A stretch of 64,000 nucleotides of DNA from Candidatus Tayloriibacteriota bacterium (GCA_037129895.1 JBAXUB010000004.1:60-64059), one strand, 5' to 3'. Shown: positions 1 to 10,142, counted from the first letter of the stretch. The notes: generated by a model not told the origin, from the letters alone. A program made the numbers and translations.

Positions 1-67
1 TTGCCGAGGGAGGAGAAAATACGATACCTGTACCGAATCTGTAAGATTCGAGTCCCTCTCGGCGCAC
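1..67 (+). repeat. 3-prime half (Y part) of a ~110-nt structured repeat element; ends in a tRNA-3-prime-end-like tail (gattcgagtccctctcggcgcac)
   Basis: Homologous to 26664..26727 (gagaaaatacgaNacctgtaccgaaNctgtaagNttcRagtccc...ggcRcac). Hairpin cgaatct-gta-agattcg covaries with gaagct-gta-agcttc in the other copy. Confidence 0.5.
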
Positions 68-97
68 AAAAAAAACCGCGTAAGCGGTTTTTTGAGT
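68..97. terminator. bidirectional rho-independent terminator (A8-ccgcgtaagcgg-T6)
   Basis: Perfect GC-rich hairpin ccgc/gcgg with a gtaa loop, flanked by an A8 run and a T6 run. Confidence 0.6.
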
Positions 98-120
98 GGG
101 CGCCAAGCAAAGCGTTAGCT

Positions 121-170
121 TTGCGGAGGGGACTCGAAAAGGTCGAGTATATTTTCGAGTCCCTCTAAGG
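121..170 (+). repeat. 5-prime half (X part) of the same structured element: gaggggactcgaaaa-ggtcgagtatat-ttttcgagtccctc hairpin
   Basis: Homologous to 26618..26660. ~14-bp near-perfect hairpin with a 12-nt loop. The C/U difference between copies is compensated by G·U pairing. Confidence 0.5.
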
Positions 171-198
171 CAGTACAATGATTCATGAGGACGCCTAA

Positions 199-1530
199 AT
201 GGCGCCCGAAGTAAAAGTCCAGTATAATGTTTCATATATGGAGTGGATAAAGAATTTCATAGGGAATAAGTCGTCAGCTCAATGGGCGTTTGATTTATCT
301 GGTTGGATGCTTGTTGTCATAATTATTTGTGTTGTTATTTTTTTCTTAGGTTTCACTGTACTTAGCGGACTAGATATTCTTGGTATATTTATACTATACA
401 AAATAGTGTACATGATAATACCGTTATTCGCCGTAATCTTCATTCTAGCTTCAGCAACAAGTATCTGGCTGGGTATTCACAGTCTGGTTGCCTCTGGAGA
501 ACGGATTAAATCAGTTACATCAATCATTCTAAGTGTCCTTATTTTTATAGTAAGTACCTATACCGCGTGGATTGTAAGGCCTGCAGCTTTAAATGGAGGA
601 CAAAATTTCTCTTCAGAAGCACCACGAGTAACACCATCAATTTCCCAGGATTTATCTTGTACCACCGAAATCATTAGCAATGCTTCTCAGGCTAAAGTTG
701 TAAAAACTAAATGCAACAAAACGGATCCGATTCACGAATTTCTGACTATCAACGGCGCTCAGCAAAAAACTTATTCTACTATTGATAAAATTACAATTAG
801 TCCCGATGGTAAAAAGATAGCCTATGTAGGACATATAAAGGGAAAGGACGGAAAAATCGGTAGTTATTTGATAGTTGATGGAGTGGAGTATGAGCTTACG
901 TATCCTAACTCTATGACAATTTTTGATGGTGAGGAATATAATATGGCTGGCTTTTCAATGAGAGAAATTGTATTTAGTCCGGACAGTCAACATATTGCCT
1001 ATATTATCTATGCTTTTCCAACAAGCAAAAAATATATAGCCGTAGATATCTACCGAGATGGCGTCATGATCAAAAGATATGATATTCAAGCGGATTGTAA
1101 AAGCACAGTATGTACTTTAGGCGTTGAAGATCTAAAATTCAGTAAAAATAATAAATTAGCCTATATACTCTACAGATCTGAATCGAATACTAAATCAATT
1201 GTTATTGATGGTATGCCGAATAAACTTTTGTATACGGATGTTGGTAAATACGCTGTAAGTCCAGACGGGTCGCATTTTGTATATGTTGGTCATGAAAAGA
1301 ATAGTTCTTACTTAGTAATTGATGCAAATATATTCAAAAGCTTTCCATATTCGGAAAAATACACCGCTCCTGATCTAGAATTCTCTGATGACGGCACAAC
1401 TATTTGTTATACTCGTGGTACTTCTCAATCTGGAGCATATTTAGCCTATAAAATAGTTAACAACAAAGAGAAAGAATTTCCATTTGATAGCATGAAGTTT
1501 CAAGATTTTTCAAATTTTTGTAATTACTAG
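199..1530 (+). CDS. membrane-anchored PD40/TolB-like beta-propeller repeat protein
   Basis: N-terminal TM helices. Repeated (I/F/V)SPDG..(I/F)AY(V/I) blades typical of WD40-like (PD40) propellers. Confidence 0.55.
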   Translation: MAPEVKVQYNVSYMEWIKNFIGNKSSAQWAFDLSGWMLVVIIICVVIFFLGFTVLSGLDILGIFILYKIVYMIIPLFAVIFILASATSIWLGIHSLVASGERIKSVTSIILSVLIFIVSTYTAWIVRPAALNGGQNFSSEAPRVTPSISQDLSCTTEIISNASQAKVVKTKCNKTDPIHEFLTINGAQQKTYSTIDKITISPDGKKIAYVGHIKGKDGKIGSYLIVDGVEYELTYPNSMTIFDGEEYNMAGFSMREIVFSPDSQHIAYIIYAFPTSKKYIAVDIYRDGVMIKRYDIQADCKSTVCTLGVEDLKFSKNNKLAYILYRSESNTKSIVIDGMPNKLLYTDVGKYAVSPDGSHFVYVGHEKNSSYLVIDANIFKSFPYSEKYTAPDLEFSDDGTTICYTRGTSQSGAYLAYKIVNNKEKEFPFDSMKFQDFSNFCNY

Positions 1531-1674
1531 TTCTACCAATTCTGTTCTAATAACGTCCCAGACGGCACACAGAAGAATAAATTTAGTAAGAGAGTAAGTC
1601 GAGTTATTACACGGTGACATATTTTTTGAATGCACGGAAGTTGTTTTTTAATTTTGAAGTGAGAAAATTGATGC

Positions 1675-2520
1675 ATGGATGATCACAAAAAAGAAAAAGG
1701 AATATACTTAGCCATCTTCGAAGGTAAGCAGATTCGCCGACATTGGGATGATCGGTCGGAGAAGTGGTTTTTTTCTGTGGTTGATGTAATTAGTGCTTTG
1801 ACTAGAAGTGGAAATCCCCAAGTGTATTGGCGTGTCATGAAAAAGCGACTTATTGATGAAGGTTCAGTTGAAACCGTTACAAAATGTAACGGGTTGAAAA
1901 TGGTAGCTCCTGATGGCAAAATGCGCTTAACTGATGCGGCTGATACTGAGGTTATGTTGCGATTAGTCCAATCCATTCCCTCTCCGAACGCCGAGCCATT
2001 TAAGTTGTGGTTAGCTAGGGTTGGCTATGAACGACTCGAAGAAACAGCAGATCCAGAGCTCGCCATTCTTCGTGCCCTCAAAACGTATCTAGCAAAAGGC
2101 TACTCATTGAATTGGATCAACCAGCGGTTGAAAGCGATTGAGATTCGCAAGGAACTTACGGACGAGTGGGAGAGAAGTGGAGTTAATGATGGCTTCGAGT
2201 TTGCCATTCTAACAGACGAAATCACCAAAGCATGGACAGGGATGACCACACGAGAATACAAGAATCTCAAAGATCTGAAGAAAGAAAATCTACGTGACAA
2301 TATGTCGAACCTGGAATTGGTCCTCAATATGCTGGCAGAAACGGCCACGACCGAGATATCTAGGAAAGAAGAACCGAAGGGATTGGATCTGAGCAAAAAA
2401 ATTGCAAAACGTGGCGGAAGCATCGCTGGAACTGCGAGGAGGCAGATCGAGAAAGAAACCGGTAGGCTGGCTATTACCAGTGAAAATTGGAGAGTTAGAA
2501 GAAGTAAATTAATCAAATGA
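1675..2520 (+). CDS. Bro-N domain protein, DinD-like (DNA-damage-inducible protein D family)
   Basis: N-terminal Bro-N-like motif LAIFEGKQIRRHWDDRSEKWFFSVVDVISAL. C-terminal region resembles the DinD C-terminus. Paralog of 27088..27939. Confidence 0.55.
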   Translation: MDDHKKEKGIYLAIFEGKQIRRHWDDRSEKWFFSVVDVISALTRSGNPQVYWRVMKKRLIDEGSVETVTKCNGLKMVAPDGKMRLTDAADTEVMLRLVQSIPSPNAEPFKLWLARVGYERLEETADPELAILRALKTYLAKGYSLNWINQRLKAIEIRKELTDEWERSGVNDGFEFAILTDEITKAWTGMTTREYKNLKDLKKENLRDNMSNLELVLNMLAETATTEISRKEEPKGLDLSKKIAKRGGSIAGTARRQIEKETGRLAITSENWRVRRSKLIK

Positions 2521-2593
2521 AAAAACTTATCTTATTTTTAATGCTATAATATTCCCAGTATATAGCTATTTCTTATTAATAATTTTAAATACA

Positions 2594-3892
2594 ATGGCAG
2601 AGAATAATAAAAAGGAAACAAATAATCCTGAAGTAGAAAAAGGTTTTGATATAGATAAGGCATTGAATACAAAGGGGTTTGCGGAATTTTTGGCAAAGAA
2701 AGGGGAGCGTAAGGCAGTTGATGTGAATAAAGAGAATGTTATGGAGGAGACCTTCGAAGTGTTCGAGGTCAAACAAGAAGTGTTGAAGGGTATAAAAGAA
2801 CTATTCAAGAATGAGATCCAGGCCGACATGGGGGTCAAATTGGAAGCGAAAGATTTGGATTCAATAGATACATATATCGATGGTATGGCAATTGATAAGC
2901 CAAATGAGATAGTAAAGTTGAAGGACAAGATCGAGAAGATGAAGGAATTACCAAAACAGATTGCAGAGTACGAGTCACAGTTGAAGGCCTTGGGTAATTT
3001 TGAGGATTTAAATGGTGTACTATCGAAGAAACTCGCAACTCGAGAACAATTCCGCGTAGCGGATAAATACTCAGGTGTATTGGGCAAGTCAGAATATGTC
3101 TTTGCACATCTTAAGCTAGCTTTCAAAGGCGCGGTTCATTTCAAAGAAACAATGAAGATCAAATTCAATCCGGGTTTTGAACCTAGCCAGGAATATCTCG
3201 AATATGTAACTGAACTCCAGACTCTCAAGAAAGAAAAAATCGATATGAAGGCGGTCGAAAAGAATCTAGGTTCGATGGACAAAAATAAGATCAAGTCGGT
3301 TTTGTCTAGTGTAGAAAGCGATATCAAGGAGACAGAAGCTATGCTGGACGCGATTACTAACCTCGAAATGTTGAAAGCAACAGTCGAAAAGTCATTCACC
3401 CAATTGAAGAAGAAAGTGTTCGGCGGCATATCTGATATAAAAGAGATAAATGAAGTTGTACAAACAAAGGCTCTGCAGCAATTGAAAGAGATGGTTACTG
3501 GTGGAACAGTGGATTCATTGAAAAATGCTCAGTCAAAGTTTGAAAAGTTATTGGCAGCGCAGGAAGGATCTACGACAGGGATCGACCCATTTGAAGGAAA
3601 AGATGCCGAGAAAATGCAGGAAGCGATAGACATCACTTTACAGAAAAAAGCTTCCGAGAAAATCATGGAAACTGTAAATAGTGCTACCTTAGGTAATAAT
3701 GCTCTTACAAAGATGGAAAAGGTATTGCAGCCATTCTTGGCTGAAACAAAATTGGGGTCACTAGACAATGATGAGACAAAAGAGTTCATAATAAAGAGCA
3801 TTGAGGAAGTATCGAGTAATCTCGGGGATAGTATAGAAGACAAGGGCAAGAAACTCTTATTGGCCAGAATTCTCGCCAAGGCTCAAGTTTAG
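2594..3892 (+). CDS. hypothetical K/E-rich coiled-coil protein
   Basis: Long ORF with strongly charged, heptad-like composition. No recognisable catalytic motif. Confidence 0.4.
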   Translation: MAENNKKETNNPEVEKGFDIDKALNTKGFAEFLAKKGERKAVDVNKENVMEETFEVFEVKQEVLKGIKELFKNEIQADMGVKLEAKDLDSIDTYIDGMAIDKPNEIVKLKDKIEKMKELPKQIAEYESQLKALGNFEDLNGVLSKKLATREQFRVADKYSGVLGKSEYVFAHLKLAFKGAVHFKETMKIKFNPGFEPSQEYLEYVTELQTLKKEKIDMKAVEKNLGSMDKNKIKSVLSSVESDIKETEAMLDAITNLEMLKATVEKSFTQLKKKVFGGISDIKEINEVVQTKALQQLKEMVTGGTVDSLKNAQSKFEKLLAAQEGSTTGIDPFEGKDAEKMQEAIDITLQKKASEKIMETVNSATLGNNALTKMEKVLQPFLAETKLGSLDNDETKEFIIKSIEEVSSNLGDSIEDKGKKLLLARILAKAQV

Positions 3893-3914
3893 CAATAATT
3901 AATTCAATAATAAT

Positions 3915-4211
3915 ATGGAAACAGAAATAAATAAGCTACAATCTTTGCTAAAGGAAAAGAATTTTGCCGAAGCAACGAAAGTGATCGACCAGATAGTCAA
4001 AGCAGAGATGACCGAAGAAGAGAAGGGTGGAATGTTGGTAGACATGGCTTCGACTTATATGGACGTTGTAAATGCAGTCAACGAGGAGTATCGGGATTCT
4101 CTAAAGGAGGTTATAGAAGGACTCGAAAGGATCAAACAGTCAGAGAGTAGAGTTTCCGACAAGGTCAAGTTGGCAGAAGTGAAACAGGGCCTAAATATTG
4201 GTACAAAATAA
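3915..4211 (+). CDS. hypothetical small coiled-coil protein
   Basis: ORF directly downstream of the coiled-coil protein with similar composition. Confidence 0.3.
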   Translation: METEINKLQSLLKEKNFAEATKVIDQIVKAEMTEEEKGGMLVDMASTYMDVVNAVNEEYRDSLKEVIEGLERIKQSESRVSDKVKLAEVKQGLNIGTK

Positions 4212-4292
4212 ATATTATTTGGCTTTTTCATTAGTTGCTATTCGAATAACCATACTTAACGCACGAAAAGTCTGAGCATGCCTCTACGGGAA

Positions 4293-4946
4293 TTATAACG
4301 AGGGGAATAGTTGGATAGGATTTTCGTTCATACCCCAATTCGCTGGTAATTGCATATCACTTATTGTTTCCACAGGACTACCTGTACTTCCTCCCACCGT
4401 TCCGGCGCTTTCTAGTCTTGCACTTATTTGATAGTTACTTGAGCCACTAGAACCGGAAGCACAACTAATTCCAGATTGTGAACAATAGTATTTCATAGCG
4501 GCTGGTGGAATGTATGTATATCCAAGGGGTTTACCATCTGTGGCAACACAACTACCGCCAATACATGGATCATTCGGAACATTAGGCATATATTTGCTGA
4601 TCGTTGCTGTAAATTTATCCCAAGCAACTTTACCAGCAGTAGGGGTACCATCAGTATTAACACCTGCAGTTGATACAGCTACACAACCTGACACAGAACT
4701 GGTATTCAAAGTATCTACCTGATATTTACAGCTTGCCCACTCTGGTGGGCTTCCATTATTATCTGCAATATAACTCTGTATCGCCAAATCGATCTGATGA
4801 ATCTCTTGCAATCTTTTCGAATCCTTGGCTTGTGTACGTATAGGATTGATGGTCGCCAAGACGACGCTAGCCAGCATCGAGACGAGAGAGATGACAACCA
4901 GGAGTTCGACTAGGGTGAAGGCTTTTGAGGTTGTTATTCTGTACAT
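4293..4946 (-). CDS. type IV pilin / pseudopilin (prepilin-type N-terminal cleavage/methylation domain)
   Basis: Motif MYRITTSKA|FTLVELLVVISLV has the class III signal and a Glu at +5. Cys pairs in the C-terminal half. Start moved to the internal Met (4946), which leaves a 4-bp overlap with alr. Confidence 0.6.
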   Translation of the reverse strand: MYRITTSKAFTLVELLVVISLVSMLASVVLATINPIRTQAKDSKRLQEIHQIDLAIQSYIADNNGSPPEWASCKYQVDTLNTSSVSGCVAVSTAGVNTDGTPTAGKVAWDKFTATISKYMPNVPNDPCIGGSCVATDGKPLGYTYIPPAAMKYYCSQSGISCASGSSGSSNYQISARLESAGTVGGSTGSPVETISDMQLPANWGMNENPIQLFPSL

Positions 4947-4981
4947 ATTAAGATCAATTATATAACAAATATTTACAAATA

Positions 4982-6172
4982 TCATTCAACCACCGTCCTT
5001 TTGAGAACCGCCGGGATATGCACTACCAATTCGTAGGGGAGGAGTTTTCCTTCTCGAGCCAGAGAGGAGATAGAATTCCGATCATTCATATCATTACTGA
5101 AAATCGTAACTTCCATTTCTTGTTTGATATCGTCAACATGCGATACGTCGATAGTAGTCATATTCATACTGACATTGCCGATGATGGGGCAAGTCACATT
5201 ATTTGGTCCGACTTGAACAAAGCCGCAGTTCGAAAGTCGGCGGTCTATACCCTCATAGTAACCAACGGGGATGATGGCAACTGTCATATCACGTTCAGCT
5301 CGGAATGTTCCACTGTAACCAACACTATCATCTCGGTGTAGCTTCTTTAATGAAGTGATGATCGTCTGCATCTTGAGTGCGGGGATGAGTGACATTTTTT
5401 CTGGAAATTGCGATCCGTCAACCAGTCCATAGAGTCCTAAACCCAATCTCGAGACGTTCGCATCAATATCCGGAGTGAATCTATGTCCGTAGGTTGCACC
5501 GAGATGGAAATATTTTAATGAAGGGAACTCATTTTTGAAATGGCTGACGACTCTATTCCAAGTATTGATCTGTCCTTCAGTGAATGATGGGTCATCATTG
5601 TCCGCATCTGACAAATGTGAACACAATCCCTGAATGACGATTTCAGGATTTTCGGCCAGGAGTTCGATCGCCTTTGGTACTTCATCGATCAATATTCCTT
5701 GCCTATGCATTCCTGTATCGATCTTCAAGTGTATGGCTATCGGATGTTCCGTATCTTCCAATTCTTGCAATGACTCGATACTACCTATGGTGAAAGCAAC
5801 ACTATTCAATCTCGAGGCGAGTATAGTTTCTGGGCGACAGTATCCTATGACGAGTAGGGGAGTTTTGATACCTTGTGATCGTAATGCCACAGCTTCGAAA
5901 TATGAATCAATGACGAAAAATGGAACAGTACCTATACCATCAGTATTTCGGGCACCTTTTGAATTGTGTCTATATTTCTCCAATATATTGGCAACTTCGA
6001 ATAGTCCATGTCCATAGGCATAACTTTTCAATACTGGAGCAACTGTGCCATGAGGTGCCAATTTGCGGAATTGATCGAGATTGTTGATTATGGCATGCCT
6101 AGATATTTCAAGCCGAATCAGCGGTTCGTAAGGGAATCGCTTACGAGAGATCCATGTAAGTGGATTTAGCAC
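4982..6172 (-). CDS. alr: alanine racemase
   Basis: PLP-lysine motif VLKSYAYGHG close to the N-terminus. Length (396 aa) and C-terminal beta domain are typical. Confidence 0.7.
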   Translation of the reverse strand: MLNPLTWISRKRFPYEPLIRLEISRHAIINNLDQFRKLAPHGTVAPVLKSYAYGHGLFEVANILEKYRHNSKGARNTDGIGTVPFFVIDSYFEAVALRSQGIKTPLLVIGYCRPETILASRLNSVAFTIGSIESLQELEDTEHPIAIHLKIDTGMHRQGILIDEVPKAIELLAENPEIVIQGLCSHLSDADNDDPSFTEGQINTWNRVVSHFKNEFPSLKYFHLGATYGHRFTPDIDANVSRLGLGLYGLVDGSQFPEKMSLIPALKMQTIITSLKKLHRDDSVGYSGTFRAERDMTVAIIPVGYYEGIDRRLSNCGFVQVGPNNVTCPIIGNVSMNMTTIDVSHVDDIKQEMEVTIFSNDMNDRNSISSLAREGKLLPYELVVHIPAVLKRTVVE

Positions 6173-6362
6173 ACTTTTATTGTACTCCTATAGATATCGG
6201 CTGCAAGGATTAACGGGGCTGAGTAAATAGTGGGGCTATTGACAAAAAAGGAGAAAGGTGCTAGTATATATGGCAGTAGAAGGGCTGAATATAGCCCTAT
6301 AAAAGTGCCTTGAAAACCACATATGTTAGGAAACATAAGCTTTTGCATGGCTGCAAAGGCGT

Positions 6363-6635
6363 ATGTGGTTCGATAGGTGCGAAAGAAGGAATTGGAGAAT
6401 GAACGAAAAACAGCGTAAATACCTGCTTTTGGCATCCGTGATGTTCACTATGGCTATCTGTATGGCGACTGCCATATGGAAGTCGGTTAGTGATAGTGGA
6501 ATACCTCAGGTGAAGTCGGAAGTGGCAAGTGAAGTGAGTACCTCTCAAGAGGCAACCGCTCCGCAGTCAGTTCCCGCTGCTGCCGCCCAAAAGGCGACGG
6601 TAGTGACCGGCACAGTTGCTGGGGGCTTTAAATAG
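6363..6635 (+). CDS. small membrane-anchored protein (paralog of 8108..8380); true start possibly at 6402
   Basis: Motif KQRKYLLLASVMFTMAICMA matches SRKYLLLAVVMFTMAIGMS in the paralog. Conserved upstream leader. Confidence 0.45.
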   Translation: MWFDRCERRNWRMNEKQRKYLLLASVMFTMAICMATAIWKSVSDSGIPQVKSEVASEVSTSQEATAPQSVPAAAAQKATVVTGTVAGGFK

Positions 6636-6719
6636 GTAATTGTAAAAAATAGGTAATTGTAAAGAAGAAAAAAGAAAAGTAGAAAACAAAAAACCAAAAA
6701 AAGAAAGAAAAGGATAGAA

Positions 6720-7820
6720 ATGAAAAAAAATATCGTAAAGTTGGTGTTGGCGACCGTTCTCACGGTCGGGTTCTGTCACATAGTAGCCGCGCAAGTGCTA
6801 CCCATGCTACCCACTAATGTGGATACCATGTCTGACACTACGTCGGACACCACGGCGGTGTCTAAGAACATGCCGACTAGTATGCCGTTCTTGACGTCGA
6901 AGGCTGCGTTGCGCACCTTCGCCATCGAGTCCGCTAGGGGTGCATTCCTGGAGTTGCAGTCTCCCGGAATGGTAGACCCGTCATGGAGTATTGGCACAGC
7001 GTGGCCGTCTCCGCTCAAGGAGGCCGATGTCCTCAACGAGTTCAACCTGATGCAGATAACAATCCCGATGGCGAACATCGAGGATTACGTCCACGCTACG
7101 GCGCGGATCTGCAACGTCGATGGCCGCCCCTTGTTCAGGGGTGAATCATGGGCCAAGCCCGAACTCGTCAAAGGTGGATACGTCCTGCCGCAGATGTGGT
7201 TCTGGTTCTCCATGGAAAGTGTTATTCCGATCAAACTTGATCGGTCTGTGACATCAGTTCGCTTTCGGCACGTAGGTGCTGATGGCCGGACGATCGGAGA
7301 GCCCATCAACCTCAGGGTTCAGAATGGTTACCTCGACTTCCAGAGCGATCTGGCGGGGCAGGGTATCCTGGAACTCTGGGACAACAATGCAAATCAGACT
7401 GAGTACGACCTCCGTAATGGAGGTAAACAGGTACCAGTCCAACGGGTTCTGTACGCCGGTAGCCAGTCGATGATCGACGGTCTGTATAGTTTTACGGATC
7501 CGTCAGAGATCAATTGGCAGGCATGGAGTTGGAATGGTATCGGACAGAATCCGGCATTTGAGGTCACCATGACAACGAAGAATTGGGTAATTCTCAATGT
7601 ATTCTCGAACGAGGGTGCTGTGCCGGTCGGCTTCCAGGTTCGCCTCATGGGCAATACGGACTGGGTCTATTACCCGGTCGTAGCTCCATCGAAGGTAGGC
7701 CAGGTACCGTTAAATCCTGGAGTGTTCTACATCGTTCCGGTGTGGAACGAAACTGAGTTTGCGGAGCCTGAACCTCAGGTACCGCAATCGACGCCCACCA
7801 TGATTGATGGGAAGGGTTAA
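6720..7820 (+). CDS. secreted hypothetical protein (signal peptide)
   Basis: Signal peptide MKKNIVKLVLATVLTVGFCHIVAAQ. Purine-rich leader with AGGA. Similar organisation to 8414..9499. Confidence 0.55.
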   Translation: MKKNIVKLVLATVLTVGFCHIVAAQVLPMLPTNVDTMSDTTSDTTAVSKNMPTSMPFLTSKAALRTFAIESARGAFLELQSPGMVDPSWSIGTAWPSPLKEADVLNEFNLMQITIPMANIEDYVHATARICNVDGRPLFRGESWAKPELVKGGYVLPQMWFWFSMESVIPIKLDRSVTSVRFRHVGADGRTIGEPINLRVQNGYLDFQSDLAGQGILELWDNNANQTEYDLRNGGKQVPVQRVLYAGSQSMIDGLYSFTDPSEINWQAWSWNGIGQNPAFEVTMTTKNWVILNVFSNEGAVPVGFQVRLMGNTDWVYYPVVAPSKVGQVPLNPGVFYIVPVWNETEFAEPEPQVPQSTPTMIDGKG

Positions 7821-7846
7821 TTAGCCCTAGTTCTTTAGTATCACAG

Positions 7847-7883
7847 AGCCGCATTTCCATAGGGAAGTGCGGTCTCTTTTTTT
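7847..7883 (+). terminator. rho-independent terminator
   Basis: Hairpin ccgcatttcc-atag-ggaagtgcgg followed by a T7-8 run. Same sequence recurs at 9542..9579. Confidence 0.6.
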
Positions 7884-7891
7884 AGGTGAAA

Positions 7892-7953
7892 CCTCGACAC
7901 GTTGTAGAGGTCTGACCTCTGCAGTATAACGTCGAGTGTAGAGGTTATCTACA
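7892..7953. repeat. palindromic element cctcgacacgttg-AGAGGTCtGACCTCT-gcag..aacgtcgag plus second half-site
   Basis: Imperfect ~45-bp palindrome centred on AGAGGTC-t-GACCTCT. Copies at 9588..9616 and 10213..10273. Confidence 0.5.
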
Positions 7954-8107
7954 CCTTTGCTGCAATATTGACAAGTGATGATAAGAGTGATAATATGCGG
8001 CATAGTAAGGGGCTTAGTAAAGCTCTATATAGTGCCTTGAAAACCACATAATGTAGCTTCTACATGTTTGTGGAGGCGTGTGTTTGGATAGGTACTAGGA
8101 GGAATGA

Positions 8108-8380
8108 ATGAAGAATACATCTGATAATACTTCAAGAAAGTATCTGCTACTCGCTGTTGTGATGTTCACAATGGCGATCGGTATGAGCGTCGGCCTTTGG
8201 CTTTCGGTCAAGGGTACGGTTTTGGCTTCTGCGGATACCACGGTCTCTGTGCCTACGGTTTTAGCCTCTGAGAAATCAGTGACTGATTTGGCACTCGCAG
8301 AGTTTGGACTTAGTTCAGAGTCGGTAGTTCCGATGAGTGCAAGTGTTCGCCTGAAAAAGTCAAAGTCGTCGGTTCGGTGA
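8108..8380 (+). CDS. small membrane-anchored protein (paralog of 6363..6635)
   Basis: Shared TM segment and shared upstream motif agtgccttgaaaaccacata. Confidence 0.45.
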   Translation: MKNTSDNTSRKYLLLAVVMFTMAIGMSVGLWLSVKGTVLASADTTVSVPTVLASEKSVTDLALAEFGLSSESVVPMSASVRLKKSKSSVR

Positions 8381-8413
8381 TAGAAAGAAAACCAAAAAAC
8401 GAAAAGGATAATA

Positions 8414-9499
8414 ATGAAAAAAAGTAAGATCGCAGTGTCAGTAGTAATGTTGCTGTCCCTTCTCGGGATCAGTGCGTCGGCGCAGCAGATCAGTTCTGTG
8501 AGACCCCCGAATGGCGGAGGCTTCCAGGACTCAGAAATGCTGGCCCGGGCGTTTCTCCGGCATACCACGGATCATTACCGTGGGAACGTGAACACCGAGC
8601 AGAAGCTCGACAATGGGTACACCCAACCTATCTGTATGCAGTTCGGGATGGGTAAGGATATGATGATCACCAACTTGGTGATCAATGGGAAGAATATCCC
8701 GCTTGTTCGTCCGTTGGCGGGGATTCCAGTCCCTGTTTCTGGCTATCACTTCTTTGACTTGAGGCTGGAAGCGTACGACGAGAATGAGTCACTGGCATCT
8801 ACTGGGGATTATCATGCGAAAGGACTACGAGTGGGTGATCGTATCAGTGTTGTTCTCCAGCCGAAAATGCCACTGATAGAGATTCCTCTTCATGACTGGG
8901 TCAGCATTACAAACATTGACGTCATGATGGATGGTGCTGATTGGTTGGGTTGGTGTGTCGAAAATGGCATGCTCATCATTCAGCCGGGACCGTTCTCGAT
9001 CAATGCACGTTATGAAGTCATAGATCGTAGCACCGGAGAAACTGTTGCTCGCAGTTACATCGATCCATTCGCTGGTAAAGAGGGTGATCAAGAAGCAGTC
9101 TTTAGCGTTACTCAAGCCGGCGGAGTGACACCGGTTGACCTCAAGAACATAACATACACAGGGTTTGGCGGTCAGCAGTTTGATGGGCACATCTACCGTG
9201 AAGGGAAAGCCCTTTCGGCCAAGGTGTATAGTTTGAGTGGTGTTAATAGAGAGTCATTTACGATCTGGGTTACTAATCTCGGAGATGGTTCGGTGACGAT
9301 CAAGAAGCCCGTCGAATTCGGGGAAATGCCAGAAATCCCCACCAAGAAGGTGGTCGATGAAGAAGGTATGGTCACATATTCGGCCTCTGAGCCGATCGAC
9401 AAAGCTGTTGTTATTGTGCAGCCAGCCAGTGGCGACACAAATAATACCAAGTTCGGTATTTCGTTTCAGACCACTCGGCTTGCATTCAGTGCGCCGTAG
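8414..9499 (+). CDS. secreted hypothetical protein (signal peptide)
   Basis: Signal peptide MKKSKIAVSVVMLLSLLGISASAQQ. AGGA ribosome-binding site. Confidence 0.55.
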   Translation: MKKSKIAVSVVMLLSLLGISASAQQISSVRPPNGGGFQDSEMLARAFLRHTTDHYRGNVNTEQKLDNGYTQPICMQFGMGKDMMITNLVINGKNIPLVRPLAGIPVPVSGYHFFDLRLEAYDENESLASTGDYHAKGLRVGDRISVVLQPKMPLIEIPLHDWVSITNIDVMMDGADWLGWCVENGMLIIQPGPFSINARYEVIDRSTGETVARSYIDPFAGKEGDQEAVFSVTQAGGVTPVDLKNITYTGFGGQQFDGHIYREGKALSAKVYSLSGVNRESFTIWVTNLGDGSVTIKKPVEFGEMPEIPTKKVVDEEGMVTYSASEPIDKAVVIVQPASGDTNNTKFGISFQTTRLAFSAP

Positions 9500-9541
9500 T
9501 CTGGATTATTAGTTCTTTGCTCTTTTGATAGAGCTCGCGAG

Positions 9542-9579
9542 AGCCGCATTTCCATAGGGAAGTGCGGTCTCTTTTTTTT
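9542..9579 (+). terminator. rho-independent terminator (second copy)
   Basis: Identical hairpin to 7847..7883 plus a T9 run. Confidence 0.6.
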
Positions 9580-9722
9580 AGGTGAAACCTCGATACGTTG
9601 CAGAGGTCTGACCTCTATATTGGGTAATGTTGACAACGTAAATCTATTTGATAAACTTGCATGCATGAAGAGAGCTTTCGGCCGTGGTTTTCGTACCACA
9701 CTTGGCGGGGAGCTTTTTTCGT

Positions 9723-10142
9723 TTAAGAGATAGGATACACTGAAATGAGGGACTTTTCTCTTTTTTGAGTTTTTTCCACGATTTGAACGACGAACTTCTC
9801 CATTTCTCTTGTCACACCATAAAAACGATAGAATGTTTCATCTTTTCGATTTGGGTTTGTTACAACCTCTGGTTTTGAGGTGGTATATATTAATAGATCT
9901 ATAGCACAATTATATAATGAAAGTCTTCTTATTCGGTCGGTCCAATTCTTTGAATCCAGATGTCCCCAGAAGTAATCGAGAAATATTTTTTCCTTATTGA
10001 AATATTTTGATCTAATATAGGGACGCCTCTTTGTTTTTGATGCAATTTTCTTATAAATAGCGTTAGCATGACGATATATTTCGGCTCCATTGGAACCGGG
10101 AAGTCTGGACTTTGAAGACTTGAATATCATTGGCATTAACAT
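9723..10142 (-). CDS. hypothetical protein
   Basis: ORF only. No motif recognised. Start uncertain. Confidence 0.3.
   Translation of the reverse strand: MLMPMIFKSSKSRLPGSNGAEIYRHANAIYKKIASKTKRRPYIRSKYFNKEKIFLDYFWGHLDSKNWTDRIRRLSLYNCAIDLLIYTTSKPEVVTNPNRKDETFYRFYGVTREMEKFVVQIVEKTQKREKSLISVYPIS

Noticed and set aside
5018-6017. Plus-strand ORFs inside alr (5018..5341, 5634..6017).
   Set aside because: They are antisense to a well-supported alanine racemase gene.
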